From: Fusobacterium sp. JB019
GTDB lineage: Bacteria; Fusobacteriota; Fusobacteriia; Fusobacteriales; Fusobacteriaceae
Assembly (NCBI GenBank): GCA_030673965.1
Contig: JAUTCN010000005.1
Location: forward strand, 53,344-117,343
DNA length: 64,000 nt
Direction of reading: 5' to 3'
Shown in pieces: positions 1 through 9,261 of this stretch. How positions within the stretch are numbered: the first letter of the stretch is position 1; every line of letters begins with the position of its first letter. The position numbers were made by a program, and so were the translations under genes. A model generated the notes under the pieces. It saw nothing but the letters and a program-made list of their open reading frames with translations, did no database searches and was not told the DNA's origin.

Positions 1-1791
1 TCAGAAGCAATAAAGAAATTAATAGATTTAGCTCCTAAAATAGCAACGATTATTAGGGAGGAAAAAGAAGTTACTATTCCTATAGAAGAAGTCCAAGTTG
101 GAGATATAATAATAGTAAAACCTGGAGAAAAGATTCCAGTAGATGGAAAAATTATAAGTGGAAATACTTCTGTTGATGAGTCTATGATTACAGGAGAAAG
201 TATTCCGGTTGAAAAAAATATTGGGGATAATATAGTAGGTGCAAGTATTAATAAAAATGGATTTATAAAATATAGAGCAATAAAAATAGGAGAAGATACT
301 ACTCTTGCTCAAATAATAAAATTAGTCGAAAATGCTCAAGGTTCAAAAGCTCCTATAGCTAATTTAGCAGATGTTATAGCGGGATATTTTGTACCAACGG
401 TCATAGGGTTAGCCCTTTTATCAAGTTTAGCTTGGTATTTTATAGGAGGGGAAACAGTTAAGTTTTCTTTAACTATTTTTATATCAGTATTAGTTATAGC
501 TTGCCCTTGTGCTTTAGGACTAGCAACTCCAACAGCTATAATGGTAGGGACGGGGAAAGGTGCAGAAAATGGAGTTTTAATAAAAAGTGGAGTAGCTTTA
601 GAAAAAACTCATGAAGTTGAGATGGTAATTTTTGATAAAACAGGAACAATTACAGAAGGAAAACCTAGATTAACAGATATAATTAATTTAGGGAATTTAG
701 AAGAAAATAAATTATTACAATTAATAGCATCAGCTGAAAAAGGATCAGAACATCCTCTAGGAGAAGCTATTGTTAATGAAGCTATAGAAAGAGGAATAGA
801 ATTAAAAAAAGTGTCTTCTTTTGAAGCGATTCCAGGACATGGTATTGAAGTAAAAATAGAAGGTAAAAAGATATTAGCTGGAAATCTAAAACTTATGAAA
901 GATAAGAAAATTAAATTAAAAGATTTAAAAGAGGCGTCAGATAGATTAGCTATGGAAGGTAAAACTCCAATGTATATAGCTGTTGATAATGAAATTGCAG
1001 GAATAGTAGCAGTGGCAGATACAGTTAAAAAAAATAGTAGAAGAGCTATTGAAAAATTACATGAAATGGGAATTAAAGTAGCGATGATAACAGGAGATAA
1101 TAAGAAAACAGCAGAAGCCATAGGTAAGCAAGTAAATATAGATACAATTCTTGCTGAAGTTCTTCCGGAAGATAAATCAAAAGCAGTTAAAAAATTCCAA
1201 GGATATAATACAAAAGTTGCAATGGTAGGAGATGGAATAAATGATGCTCCAGCTTTAGCACAAGCAGATATAGGAATAGCAGTTGGGAGTGGAACAGATG
1301 TTGCTATTGAATCAGCAGATATTGTTCTTATGAAAAATGATTTAAGAGATGTTCCTACAGCTATTTTATTGAGCAAAAGTACTATAAAAAATATTAAACA
1401 AAATTTATTTTGGGCTTTTGCTTATAATACATTAGGTCTTCCTGTTGCTATGGGAGTTTTACATTTGTTTGGTGGGCCTTTGCTAAATCCAATGATAGCA
1501 GGAACGGCTATGAGTTTTAGCTCTGTATCTGTTGTAACTAATGCTCTTAGATTAAAAAGATTTAAAATAGAGGAGGATATTATGAGAAAAGAAGTTTTAA
1601 TAGAAGGGATGAGTTGTATGCATTGTGTAAAGCATGTGACAGATGCTTTAAATGAAGTTTCAGGAGTAACAGATGTTAAAGTTGATTTAGAAACAAAAAT
1701 AGCAGTTTTTAACGTTTTAGATAACATTAATGATGAAATTATAAAAAATACTATTGAATCAGCAGGGTATAAAGTTATTAAAATAAGTTAA
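1..1791 (+). CDS. copA: Cu(I)-translocating P1B-type ATPase, 5'-truncated by the window edge, with a C-terminal CopZ-like HMA domain
   Basis: Frame open from base 1 (SEAIKKL...PGEKIPVDG). [24 protein letters not shown] and YN...MSFSS motifs; C-terminal GMSCMHC. Confidence 0.95.
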   Translation, partial: SEAIKKLIDLAPKIATIIREEKEVTIPIEEVQVGDIIIVKPGEKIPVDGKIISGNTSVDESMITGESIPVEKNIGDNIVGASINKNGFIKYRAIKIGEDTTLAQIIKLVENAQGSKAPIANLADVIAGYFVPTVIGLALLSSLAWYFIGGETVKFSLTIFISVLVIACPCALGLATPTAIMVGTGKGAENGVLIKSGVALEKTHEVEMVIFDKTGTITEGKPRLTDIINLGNLEENKLLQLIASAEKGSEHPLGEAIVNEAIERGIELKKVSSFEAIPGHGIEVKIEGKKILAGNLKLMKDKKIKLKDLKEASDRLAMEGKTPMYIAVDNEIAGIVAVADTVKKNSRRAIEKLHEMGIKVAMITGDNKKTAEAIGKQVNIDTILAEVLPEDKSKAVKKFQGYNTKVAMVGDGINDAPALAQADIGIAVGSGTDVAIESADIVLMKNDLRDVPTAILLSKSTIKNIKQNLFWAFAYNTLGLPVAMGVLHLFGGPLLNPMIAGTAMSFSSVSVVTNALRLKRFKIEEDIMRKEVLIEGMSCMHCVKHVTDALNEVSGVTDVKVDLETKIAVFNVLDNINDEIIKNTIESAGYKVIKIS

Positions 1792-1799
1792 TAAAAATA

Positions 1800-1829
1800 A
1801 ATTAAGGGGAAAATATTTTCCCCTTAATT
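1800..1829. terminator. Hairpin after copA (30-bp spacer-less palindrome)
   Basis: AATTAAGGGGAAAAT|ATTTTCCCCTTAATT just after the stop codon. Confidence 0.7.
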
Positions 1830-2023
1830 AAATAGTAAAGATATATGAGTTTGTTTGAGAAAAAATCCATAACACCTTGACACATATTATTATTCAAAAT
1901 ATCTATTAAATTTCCTTTTTTTTAATTTGCTTTTAATTAAAAAAATAAAAAAAAGCTTTACAAATTAAGAATTACGGGCTATAACCATAGTAGTGTTTTA
2001 GATAAAAAATAAGGAGGAGAGGT

Positions 2024-2317
2024 ATGACAAAAAAGGAATTTATAGCAGATATTGCTGAAAATGGAGCAATAGCAAAAAAAGATGCGGAAAAAGTGGTAAA
2101 TTTATTTTTAGATACAGTTTCAGATAACCTAGAAAAAGGAAATTCAGTTAGTTTTGTTGGTTGGGGTAAATGGGAAGTAGTAAAAAGAGAAGCAAGAGAA
2201 GTCAGAAATCCTCAAACAGGTAAAAAAATGAAAATAAAAGCAAAAAAAGTTGTTAAATTTAGAGTGGGAAAAACTTTAGAAGATAAAGTTGCTAAATCAA
2301 AAGCTAAAATAAAATAA
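2024..2317 (+). CDS. hup: HU DNA-binding protein
   Basis: MTKKEF...FVGWGKWEV...RNPQTGK...VKFRVGK; AGGAGG SD upstream. Confidence 0.95.
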   Translation: MTKKEFIADIAENGAIAKKDAEKVVNLFLDTVSDNLEKGNSVSFVGWGKWEVVKREAREVRNPQTGKKMKIKAKKVVKFRVGKTLEDKVAKSKAKIK

Positions 2318-2325
2318 AAAAGATG

Positions 2326-2356
2326 AAAATAGAGTGAAATTAATTCACTCTATTTT
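2326..2356. terminator. Bidirectional terminator between hup and tspO
   Basis: AAAATAGAGTGAA-attaa-TTCACTCTATTTT between convergent genes. Confidence 0.8.
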
Positions 2357-2369
2357 TTTATTTATAAAT

Positions 2370-2834
2370 TTAAGCGTTGAGTAAAACAATGTAATAATTT
2401 AAATATCCTGCAAAGCTTAACCAAATTATATATGGTAACTGTAAAACCCCTGCAAATTTATTTAGTTTAAAAAAATTGAATGTCATCCATATTACGCTTA
2501 GTAATAAGAACATATGTAAATAAAATCCTGGAATAATTAAATTGAATTTAAAAAATACAAATGGCCAAGCAAAGTTGGCTATTAATTGGATAAAAAAACT
2601 AGTTACTGCAAATTTATTTCTTCTTTTTTCAAGAATTAAATAAAATCCTATTCCCATAAAAGTATAAAGAAAAGTCCAGACCAATGGAAAAACAAAAGAA
2701 GGTGGAGCAAACTCAGGAAGAACAAGTTTCTCATATAATTCAACTGAATTTTGATTGAAAAATCCAGAAACCCCTCCAGATATAGCAGGGATTAAAAGAC
2801 AAAAAAGAAACTTAGGTAAATTGAATTTTTTCAT
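2370..2834 (-). CDS. tspO: TspO/MBR family membrane protein
   Basis: Y..L..P.FAPPS.VFPLVWT.LY and LQLPY..WL.FA.YLN signatures. Confidence 0.9.
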   Translation of the reverse strand: MKKFNLPKFLFCLLIPAISGGVSGFFNQNSVELYEKLVLPEFAPPSFVFPLVWTFLYTFMGIGFYLILEKRRNKFAVTSFFIQLIANFAWPFVFFKFNLIIPGFYLHMFLLLSVIWMTFNFFKLNKFAGVLQLPYIIWLSFAGYLNYYIVLLNA

Positions 2835-2922
2835 AAAAAGCCCCCTTAAATTAAAGTAATATAATTATATATATATTATACCCTAAAAAAATAAAATTAC
2901 AAAATTATCTGTTTTAGCTACT

Positions 2923-3531
2923 TTATGAATTTAAATTTTTTAAAATATTTGATATAGCAATAGATGCAACTCCTTCTAATGCAGCATTTATTTTATTATA
3001 ATCTTTAATATATTCATCTATTTCATAATGTTTGGTCTTTGAATTAAAAGTAGTAATGTTTTCAATGTCCTTAAAGACAATTTCATTATTATTGTCACTT
3101 ATTTTAGCTTCAATAACCATTATAGGTTTTAGTTTTTTCGAAAGTCCTTGTCTTTGTCCGAAACCGTATAGTCTAACAATAAATTTTATTTCAAATTCTG
3201 AATTATCAGAATTATTTATTCCTGCTTTTTTTAATTCTTTGTTTGCTGATTTTAAAACAATATTTTCTATATTAATATTATTTTCTATCATAACTTTAAT
3301 AAATTTTTCTTTTTTATTATCCATGCTATTTGCTAAAAAATCTCCAAGAAGACTATTTAATCCACCTTTTACACTACTTTGCATATCACTAAAAAACATA
3401 TTATCTTTAATTATTACTGTTTTAGACAATTTTAATGACCTTGATTGTTTAAAGCTATTTAATTTTCTATTAGCAGGAGAACAACTGAATAGTGTTAAAG
3501 TTAATATTAATAATATAAAATTCTTTTTCAT
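2923..3531 (-). CDS. Hypothetical lipoprotein
   Basis: Signal peptide with lipobox (MKKNFILLILTLTLFSC); AAGGAG SD; no family recognised. Confidence 0.7.
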   Translation of the reverse strand: MKKNFILLILTLTLFSCSPANRKLNSFKQSRSLKLSKTVIIKDNMFFSDMQSSVKGGLNSLLGDFLANSMDNKKEKFIKVMIENNINIENIVLKSANKELKKAGINNSDNSEFEIKFIVRLYGFGQRQGLSKKLKPIMVIEAKISDNNNEIVFKDIENITTFNSKTKHYEIDEYIKDYNKINAALEGVASIAISNILKNLNS

Positions 3532-3588
3532 TTTATTTGCTCCTTTTTATAAGTTTAATAATTTTTTATTTTAAAAGTGATTATGATT

Positions 3589-3627
3589 ATTTTAACACTG
3601 CAACTATATTTTAGTCAAAAAAAGTTA
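3589..3627 (-). promoter_or_regulatory. Sigma70-type promoter of the lipoprotein gene
   Basis: TTGACT (3618-3613), 18-nt spacer, TGt-TAAAAT (3594-3589). Confidence 0.55.
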
Positions 3628-3669
3628 TATTTAAAGTGAACTAATGTATAAACTTTTTTTAAAGAGAGA

Positions 3670-4527
3670 TTATTTTTTTTCAGCTATAAAAGTTGATATT
3701 AAAATTAAACTTCCTCCACATAGTTGAAAGATATTGATAGGTTCTTTTAGATAAAATATAGATATAAAAACTGCAAATATAGGAGTTATGTAACTTAAGA
3801 TTGCAACGCTTTGTCCAGGTATATTTTTAATGCAAGAAAAATAAATAAAAAAAGCAAATCCTGTATGTATAACTCCGATAACAATTAAATTTATTGATGA
3901 GATTATATCTAATCCTTTAAAATTAAAGTTTTCAAATATTAATAGATAAAATAGTAATATAATAATTGCAGAAAAAAATTGACCTAAAGTTTGTTCTAGA
4001 GAAAAAATATCTTCTAGAGATTTATTAATAATAATTACAACAGAATAACAAATAGCGGTTAGGAGGCCGTAGCAAATCCCTAAAGTGTGATTATATATAA
4101 TGCTACTACTAGAATCATTGCTATTGTAAAAAATTAAAATCATACCAAATATAGAAATTAGAATACAAATTATTTTTTTTATGTCAGGTTCTTCTTTCAA
4201 GAATAAAATAGATAAAAAAAGCATAAAGATAGGAGCACAATAACAAGCAATAGTTGCTATTGAAAGAGTTGTATATTTATATGCTTGAAATAAAAAAAGC
4301 CAATTTAATCCTAGTAAAAAGCCTGAAGAAATTATTTTTCTTTTGTTATATATAATTTGTGTTAGAAAAATTTTTTTATTTTTGATTAAAGCTATAAAAA
4401 CTAAAAATATAAATCCAATTATTGCTCTTATAAATGCTATTTTTCCAGAATCTAAATGTATTTTTTTTACAAAAACTCCAACAGTTGAAAATAATATGAG
4501 AATAAAAATAAATTTTAATTTATTCAT
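3670..4527 (-). CDS. EamA/DMT family transporter
   Basis: About 10 hydrophobic segments in two EamA repeats; paralog of 29860..30723. Confidence 0.9.
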   Translation of the reverse strand: MNKLKFIFILILFSTVGVFVKKIHLDSGKIAFIRAIIGFIFLVFIALIKNKKIFLTQIIYNKRKIISSGFLLGLNWLFLFQAYKYTTLSIATIACYCAPIFMLFLSILFLKEEPDIKKIICILISIFGMILIFYNSNDSSSSIIYNHTLGICYGLLTAICYSVVIIINKSLEDIFSLEQTLGQFFSAIIILLFYLLIFENFNFKGLDIISSINLIVIGVIHTGFAFFIYFSCIKNIPGQSVAILSYITPIFAVFISIFYLKEPINIFQLCGGSLILISTFIAEKK

Positions 4528-4558
4528 GAAATCTCCTTTATAAAAAAGATAAGAAAAA

Positions 4559-4578
4559 ATCTCGAGTTTCCTCGAGAT
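4559..4578 (-). terminator. Terminator after the carbon-nitrogen hydrolase gene
   Basis: ATCTCGAG-tttc-CTCGAGAT followed by a T tract on the minus strand. Confidence 0.65.
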
Positions 4579-4584
4579 ATTAAT

Positions 4585-6414
4585 CTATTCTTGAATTAGT
4601 TTAATGTAATAAGGGGTTCTTCTTGAAGAAATTAACTTTTCTTGATTGAACCACCATTTATTTTGCAAAGTTTCAAAAGTGAATATTAAAGTTTCTTCAT
4701 CTTTATTAGAAGCAATAATAGGTTGATCAAGTCCATATAAAGGATCTAGTGTATAAAGACTACTTCTTCCTTTATAATTTTTCTTTGTTCCTACAAAGTT
4801 AGAAATAATAGTGTAAGCTTGAGAACTTAAAGCGGTAGAATCCCATAAAGTCATAGCTCCTTTAGGATATTTTTTAGCTGAAACGATTTTATTTATTTCC
4901 ATATTGCTTCCGTATTGACCATACCAGGCTGAAGGGATAGCTATTATATCTGCTCTATTAATTGCTAAAACTCCTGATGCTTCGGGATACATGACATCTT
5001 CTCCAATTAAAATACCTACTTTTCCTAATTTTTCTGATTTGAAAACTGATAATTGATTTCCTTTAGTAGCCCATCTTTCATCTGTTTTACTTAAATGAGT
5101 TTTTTGATATGCACCGATTTTATTACCACTTTCATTAATGAAAATAGCACTGTTATATAACTTATCGTCTTGATTTTCTATTAATCCAAAAATTATACAA
5201 ATATTATTTTCTTTAGCTAAATTAGAAAAATAATTGAAGGAATTATCATTTGCTTTTTCTGAAAGTTTTTTTATTTCTTCCAATTTCAAATTATCTGTTG
5301 GTCCGATTAAAGATAATTCAGGTAAAACAATAAGATTTATATTGTCATTTTTCTTTTTAGCTTTTTTGATTAGGTTAGAAACTTTTATTTTATTATATTC
5401 TTTATCTCCTACTTTAGGTTCATATTGTAAAGAAGCTGCTATAACTTTATTTGAATTTATATTTTTAGTGTAATCCCAAGGAGAAAGATAAAGCATTAAA
5501 TCTTTATATAATTCAGGACGTCTTTTTTCTAGAGCTAATCTATTTTTATTATTATATTTTTTAGGGTCAATAGTTGCATAAATTATAGTAGATTCATCAA
5601 TATCTTCTTCCTTTGTCATTAAGATAGGAGCTTCATTTAATTTTTTACCTTCTGGTGTCCAAATAGCACTTCCTCCTATCATATGAAACCCATTTTCTGT
5701 GTTTGATCTGTTAGCACTAACTACATAAAACCCATTTTGTTCTGCTCTTGCAGGTAAAGCAGAAATTGCTTGGGCTGATGAATTGGTAGGGAAAGCAAGA
5801 ATATTAGCTCCTTGAATTCCTGCAAGGCGAGCACTTTCAAAATACGCGGAATCCATACAAATATTGATAGCTATTTTCCCTAAATTAGTTTCATAAACAG
5901 GAACTCCTAAATCTCCCCAAGCAGCCCAATGTTCTTCGCTTTCCCATTGGTGAGTTTTTCTATATTTTCCAATATATCCATTTGGTCCAACTAAGGCGGC
6001 AGAGTTATAATATAAATCTGTTGTTTTATCTATTTCTGGCATCCCAAAAATAATATAAGCATTGTATTTTTCGGTTAGCTTAGAAAATTTATCTGTGGTT
6101 TTACCAGGAAGAGAATCTACGAATGGTTTGATAGTAGATCTATTCTTATAGTAATAACCAGTTGTTGCCATTTCAGGAGCTACTACAAGTTTAGCTCCAT
6201 TTTTAAAAGCTGTTTCAGTAACTTTTAATAAAGCATTTACATTTTTATCGAGTTCATTTAGTTGAGGGTTAAATTGAATGCTGGCCACTTTAAATGAGTT
6301 TTTAATTTTTTTATTATTTTCTTTTTTCTTGAAGCATCCAGAAAAAATAGATAGAAGAGTACATAAGATAAGTAAACTGAAAATTTTATTTTTTTTAATC
6401 TTAAAGTAGGTCAT
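4585..6414 (-). CDS. Tandem-domain carbon-nitrogen hydrolase (nitrilase superfamily), predicted lipoprotein
   Basis: Domain 1 has the E-K-C triad (APEMATTGY, YRKTH, ICMDS). Domain 2 has LPELS, YQKTH and IGED. Lipobox SIFSGC. Start moved to ATG 6414, which has an AGGAGA SD. Confidence 0.85.
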   Translation of the reverse strand: MTYFKIKKNKIFSLLILCTLLSIFSGCFKKKENNKKIKNSFKVASIQFNPQLNELDKNVNALLKVTETAFKNGAKLVVAPEMATTGYYYKNRSTIKPFVDSLPGKTTDKFSKLTEKYNAYIIFGMPEIDKTTDLYYNSAALVGPNGYIGKYRKTHQWESEEHWAAWGDLGVPVYETNLGKIAINICMDSAYFESARLAGIQGANILAFPTNSSAQAISALPARAEQNGFYVVSANRSNTENGFHMIGGSAIWTPEGKKLNEAPILMTKEEDIDESTIIYATIDPKKYNNKNRLALEKRRPELYKDLMLYLSPWDYTKNINSNKVIAASLQYEPKVGDKEYNKIKVSNLIKKAKKKNDNINLIVLPELSLIGPTDNLKLEEIKKLSEKANDNSFNYFSNLAKENNICIIFGLIENQDDKLYNSAIFINESGNKIGAYQKTHLSKTDERWATKGNQLSVFKSEKLGKVGILIGEDVMYPEASGVLAINRADIIAIPSAWYGQYGSNMEINKIVSAKKYPKGAMTLWDSTALSSQAYTIISNFVGTKKNYKGRSSLYTLDPLYGLDQPIIASNKDEETLIFTFETLQNKWWFNQEKLISSRRTPYYIKLIQE

Positions 6415-6499
6415 ATAAATTCTCCTTTTATAGTTTTTAATTAACAATAAAGATGGATTTATATCCATCTTTATTGAGAGTATATATTTTTAAATTTGA

Positions 6500-7891
6500 T
6501 TAATCATTAACTGCTGTAATTATTTCTGCTTCTCCTTCTCTTAATTGATTCATTGGCATTTTATAAGAACCATATTTAAATTTGCAAGTTAATAGCATTA
6601 TAACTCCAATGGTAACAAGAACAGCTCCAACTGGGATTACACCCAAAGATACAGCAAAGACAGGAACCATAGTAACTATAAATAATTCAACTATAGATTG
6701 AAGAGTATATGCAGTTCCAAAATCACTTAATGTTCCACTTTTCATTTCAGGATCTACGATTCTTAAAAGAGTAACTCCAACTGCAACTACTCCAGTAATA
6801 TATCCAAAAATAAATATAGATCTTTCAAACCAGAAGTTTCTAAATAATCTTCTACCTACAAAGAAAACTAAAATACATGGCCAAGCAATACCAACTGCAA
6901 CAAGAACAAGGATAGGACCAATAAATTCTAATACAACTGATAATTTTATAGTAGCGATACCAAAAGCAACTAAATAATCAGTAACTCCACTGCCTGTTCT
7001 ATCAATTATTCTTTTATCTACATATGTTCCATAACCAGTTTTATTTAAAATAGCTTGAATAAAAACTCCAACAATCATAGTAACACACATTAAAGGAACT
7101 TCTACTTTAGGAAAATAAGGTTTATATCCATAATAAATAGCATAACCTATTCCAGTAGTCATAAGTATTAAACCAATATGCCAAGCTAAAGGATCCATGG
7201 CCATAGGATGAACTGTTTCATCTCCCATTGTTTGTCTTTTTTCTAAAGGGATCATTCCTGTTTTACATTCTTGAGGTAAAGCACCTATACTTTTAACTAA
7301 TCTTGTAGCGCCTTTTCTAGTAGCGTAGTTAATACAAATTATTCCACCAAAAATTCCACTTAAAAGACCTAAAGTAGCAAAAGTTTGACCTATTACAACT
7401 CCATCATTTCTACCAAGTAAGGTGTTAATAGTTCCTCCTATAGCAGCTGCATATCCGTGTCCGCCCATAAATCCTGCAGGAAGAAGAACTGCTATTTCAG
7501 AAAAGACATTTGGAAATAAGAAAATTACCAATGCACCACCTACTAAACAAGCTAATCCAAAACATAATATTTCACTAGACATATTTATTAAGAATGTGTC
7601 GCCTACTTTATGTACTGTTTCTTTTAAGCTAAACTTTTCTTGCTTACCTAAAAATATACCAGCAAATAAAACACAAACTAATAAATAAGGATAAGATCCT
7701 GTTTTACCACTGAATGGTAAAATGTTTAAAAATTGTGGACCTCCAAATAATCCTAGGAAACCGGCTACTAATGAAGAAGGAATATAATAATTTTGTAAAA
7801 ATTTTATTTTACTTCTCATGATTTGTGCAATAAATAAAAGACCTGACATAATACTGAAATCTAACAACATTGAATACGGCGTGAAATTCAT
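6500..7891 (-). CDS. Sodium:glutamate symporter (GltS/ESS) family transporter
   Basis: IPSSLVAG, GFMGGHGYAAA and GY.TG...G..LLRIVDP motifs; start moved to ATG 7891 (AAGGGGG SD). Confidence 0.8.
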   Translation of the reverse strand: MNFTPYSMLLDFSIMSGLLFIAQIMRSKIKFLQNYYIPSSLVAGFLGLFGGPQFLNILPFSGKTGSYPYLLVCVLFAGIFLGKQEKFSLKETVHKVGDTFLINMSSEILCFGLACLVGGALVIFLFPNVFSEIAVLLPAGFMGGHGYAAAIGGTINTLLGRNDGVVIGQTFATLGLLSGIFGGIICINYATRKGATRLVKSIGALPQECKTGMIPLEKRQTMGDETVHPMAMDPLAWHIGLILMTTGIGYAIYYGYKPYFPKVEVPLMCVTMIVGVFIQAILNKTGYGTYVDKRIIDRTGSGVTDYLVAFGIATIKLSVVLEFIGPILVLVAVGIAWPCILVFFVGRRLFRNFWFERSIFIFGYITGVVAVGVTLLRIVDPEMKSGTLSDFGTAYTLQSIVELFIVTMVPVFAVSLGVIPVGAVLVTIGVIMLLTCKFKYGSYKMPMNQLREGEAEIITAVND

Positions 7892-7976
7892 TTTTACCCC
7901 CTTGTTTTGTATAGTATAAACATCAAAAATATTAGATCTTAATATTATAGACAGAAGGAATATCAATATCTAATAT

Positions 7977-8009
7977 CTTGATAAAGCTAGAATTTCTAGC
8001 TTTATCAAG
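7977..8009. terminator. 16-bp inverted repeat between the alpha/beta-fold gene and the symporter gene
   Basis: CTTGATAAAGCTAGAA-t-TTCTAGCTTTATCAAG. The T-rich tail is on the + side, so it may be a stabilising or attenuating stem rather than a terminator for the minus-strand genes. Confidence 0.5.
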
Positions 8010-8028
8010 GTGATTTTATTTATTTTAA

Positions 8029-8955
8029 TTATTTAAGAAATTTAGCGAAGAAATTATCTAGATTATTCATTAATTCTAAGAATTTAGGATCTTCATCAAA
8101 CATCCATTCATTATGTTTTCCTTCAACAAAGTATAACTCTTTAGGTTCATTTGCAATTTTATATGCTTCATCAGCTTCTATTCTGTCATGAAGTTCATTG
8201 TATTTTCCATGTCCTACAAATATTCCACATTTAAGTCTTTTTAAAGCATCTTCTACATTAAATCTAAAGAAAGAATCTGCTATTGCTGTTGACATTGCTG
8301 TAGGGAATGATTCTCCAGCATCACCATCGGCTATTTTATCTACTCCACCATTTATTTTTTTAAGAGTGTTATCTACATAGAAATCTCCAGATTCAGTAAT
8401 ATTAGGATAAGCAACATAAGGATGTCTCATAACTAAGTCACCAGTAGTAGCTCTAGTCATTTTATCTTCTTCTAACATTTCAAGTGCTCTATGATATTTA
8501 TCATTTCCCATACCCATTCTCATCCAACGATCACCATCTACAAAAGAGTTAAGTGTAGCAACTACTTTAACAGTTGGTTCACGTCTAGCACATTCTATAC
8601 AAACAGCACCTCCAACTCCCCAACCGATTAATCCTATTTTATCTTTGTCAATTTCAGGTTGAGCTTTAGCAAAGTTGATAGCTGCACAAATATCTTCAAC
8701 TTCTCTTTCTAATGTAGTGTATTTCGCTATTCCTTCAGTTGGTTTAAATCCTCTATAATCAAACCCTATACAAATGTAACCTTTTTTTACTAAGTTTCTT
8801 GAGAATAGTTCAGGGTAAACTACTTTTATTCCTGTCCATCCTGAGTTAGCGATAACTACTGGTCTTTTTTCTCCTTCTTTGTAATCATCTGGATAATAGA
8901 TAGATCCTAAAACTTTGTCACCTTCACTGTAAAAAACTACGTCTTTTTGTTTCAT
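8029..8955 (-). CDS. Alpha/beta-hydrolase-fold protein lacking the serine nucleophile
   Basis: P.VIANSGWTG, FDYRGF, elbow GWGVGG, HGKYNELH, C-terminal GKHNEW. Confidence 0.8.
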   Translation of the reverse strand: MKQKDVVFYSEGDKVLGSIYYPDDYKEGEKRPVVIANSGWTGIKVVYPELFSRNLVKKGYICIGFDYRGFKPTEGIAKYTTLEREVEDICAAINFAKAQPEIDKDKIGLIGWGVGGAVCIECARREPTVKVVATLNSFVDGDRWMRMGMGNDKYHRALEMLEEDKMTRATTGDLVMRHPYVAYPNITESGDFYVDNTLKKINGGVDKIADGDAGESFPTAMSTAIADSFFRFNVEDALKRLKCGIFVGHGKYNELHDRIEADEAYKIANEPKELYFVEGKHNEWMFDEDPKFLELMNNLDNFFAKFLK

Positions 8956-9261
8956 TTACATCACTCCTTGTTTGAATTATTTTCATTTTTATATTTGGTT
9001 TCTTTTGATACATCTATTAAATCACAGCTAAAAGAATTTGTCAAACCTTTTTTTGATAAAAAAGTTTTTAAAAACTTTTTTATGCTTCTTTCTTTTCTTT
9101 TTTTGGGCAGTTACCTTGGGAAAATTTATAAAATAAATTTTAGAATATTTATTTATTTTATAGATTATGTTATGATAATTTTAGATAAAGGTTTAATTAA
9201 AAAAATTCCTTTTTATATTTGATTTCTTTTGATGATAAAAAATATAAAAAGGAGATTAATT

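Noticed and set aside
28-1727. Antisense ORFs 28..312, 609..1376 and 1422..1727
   Set aside because: Shadows of copA with no SD or recognisable motifs.
7960-7977. Short ATATC triple repeat before the symporter gene
   Set aside because: Too short and AT-rich to distinguish from chance.
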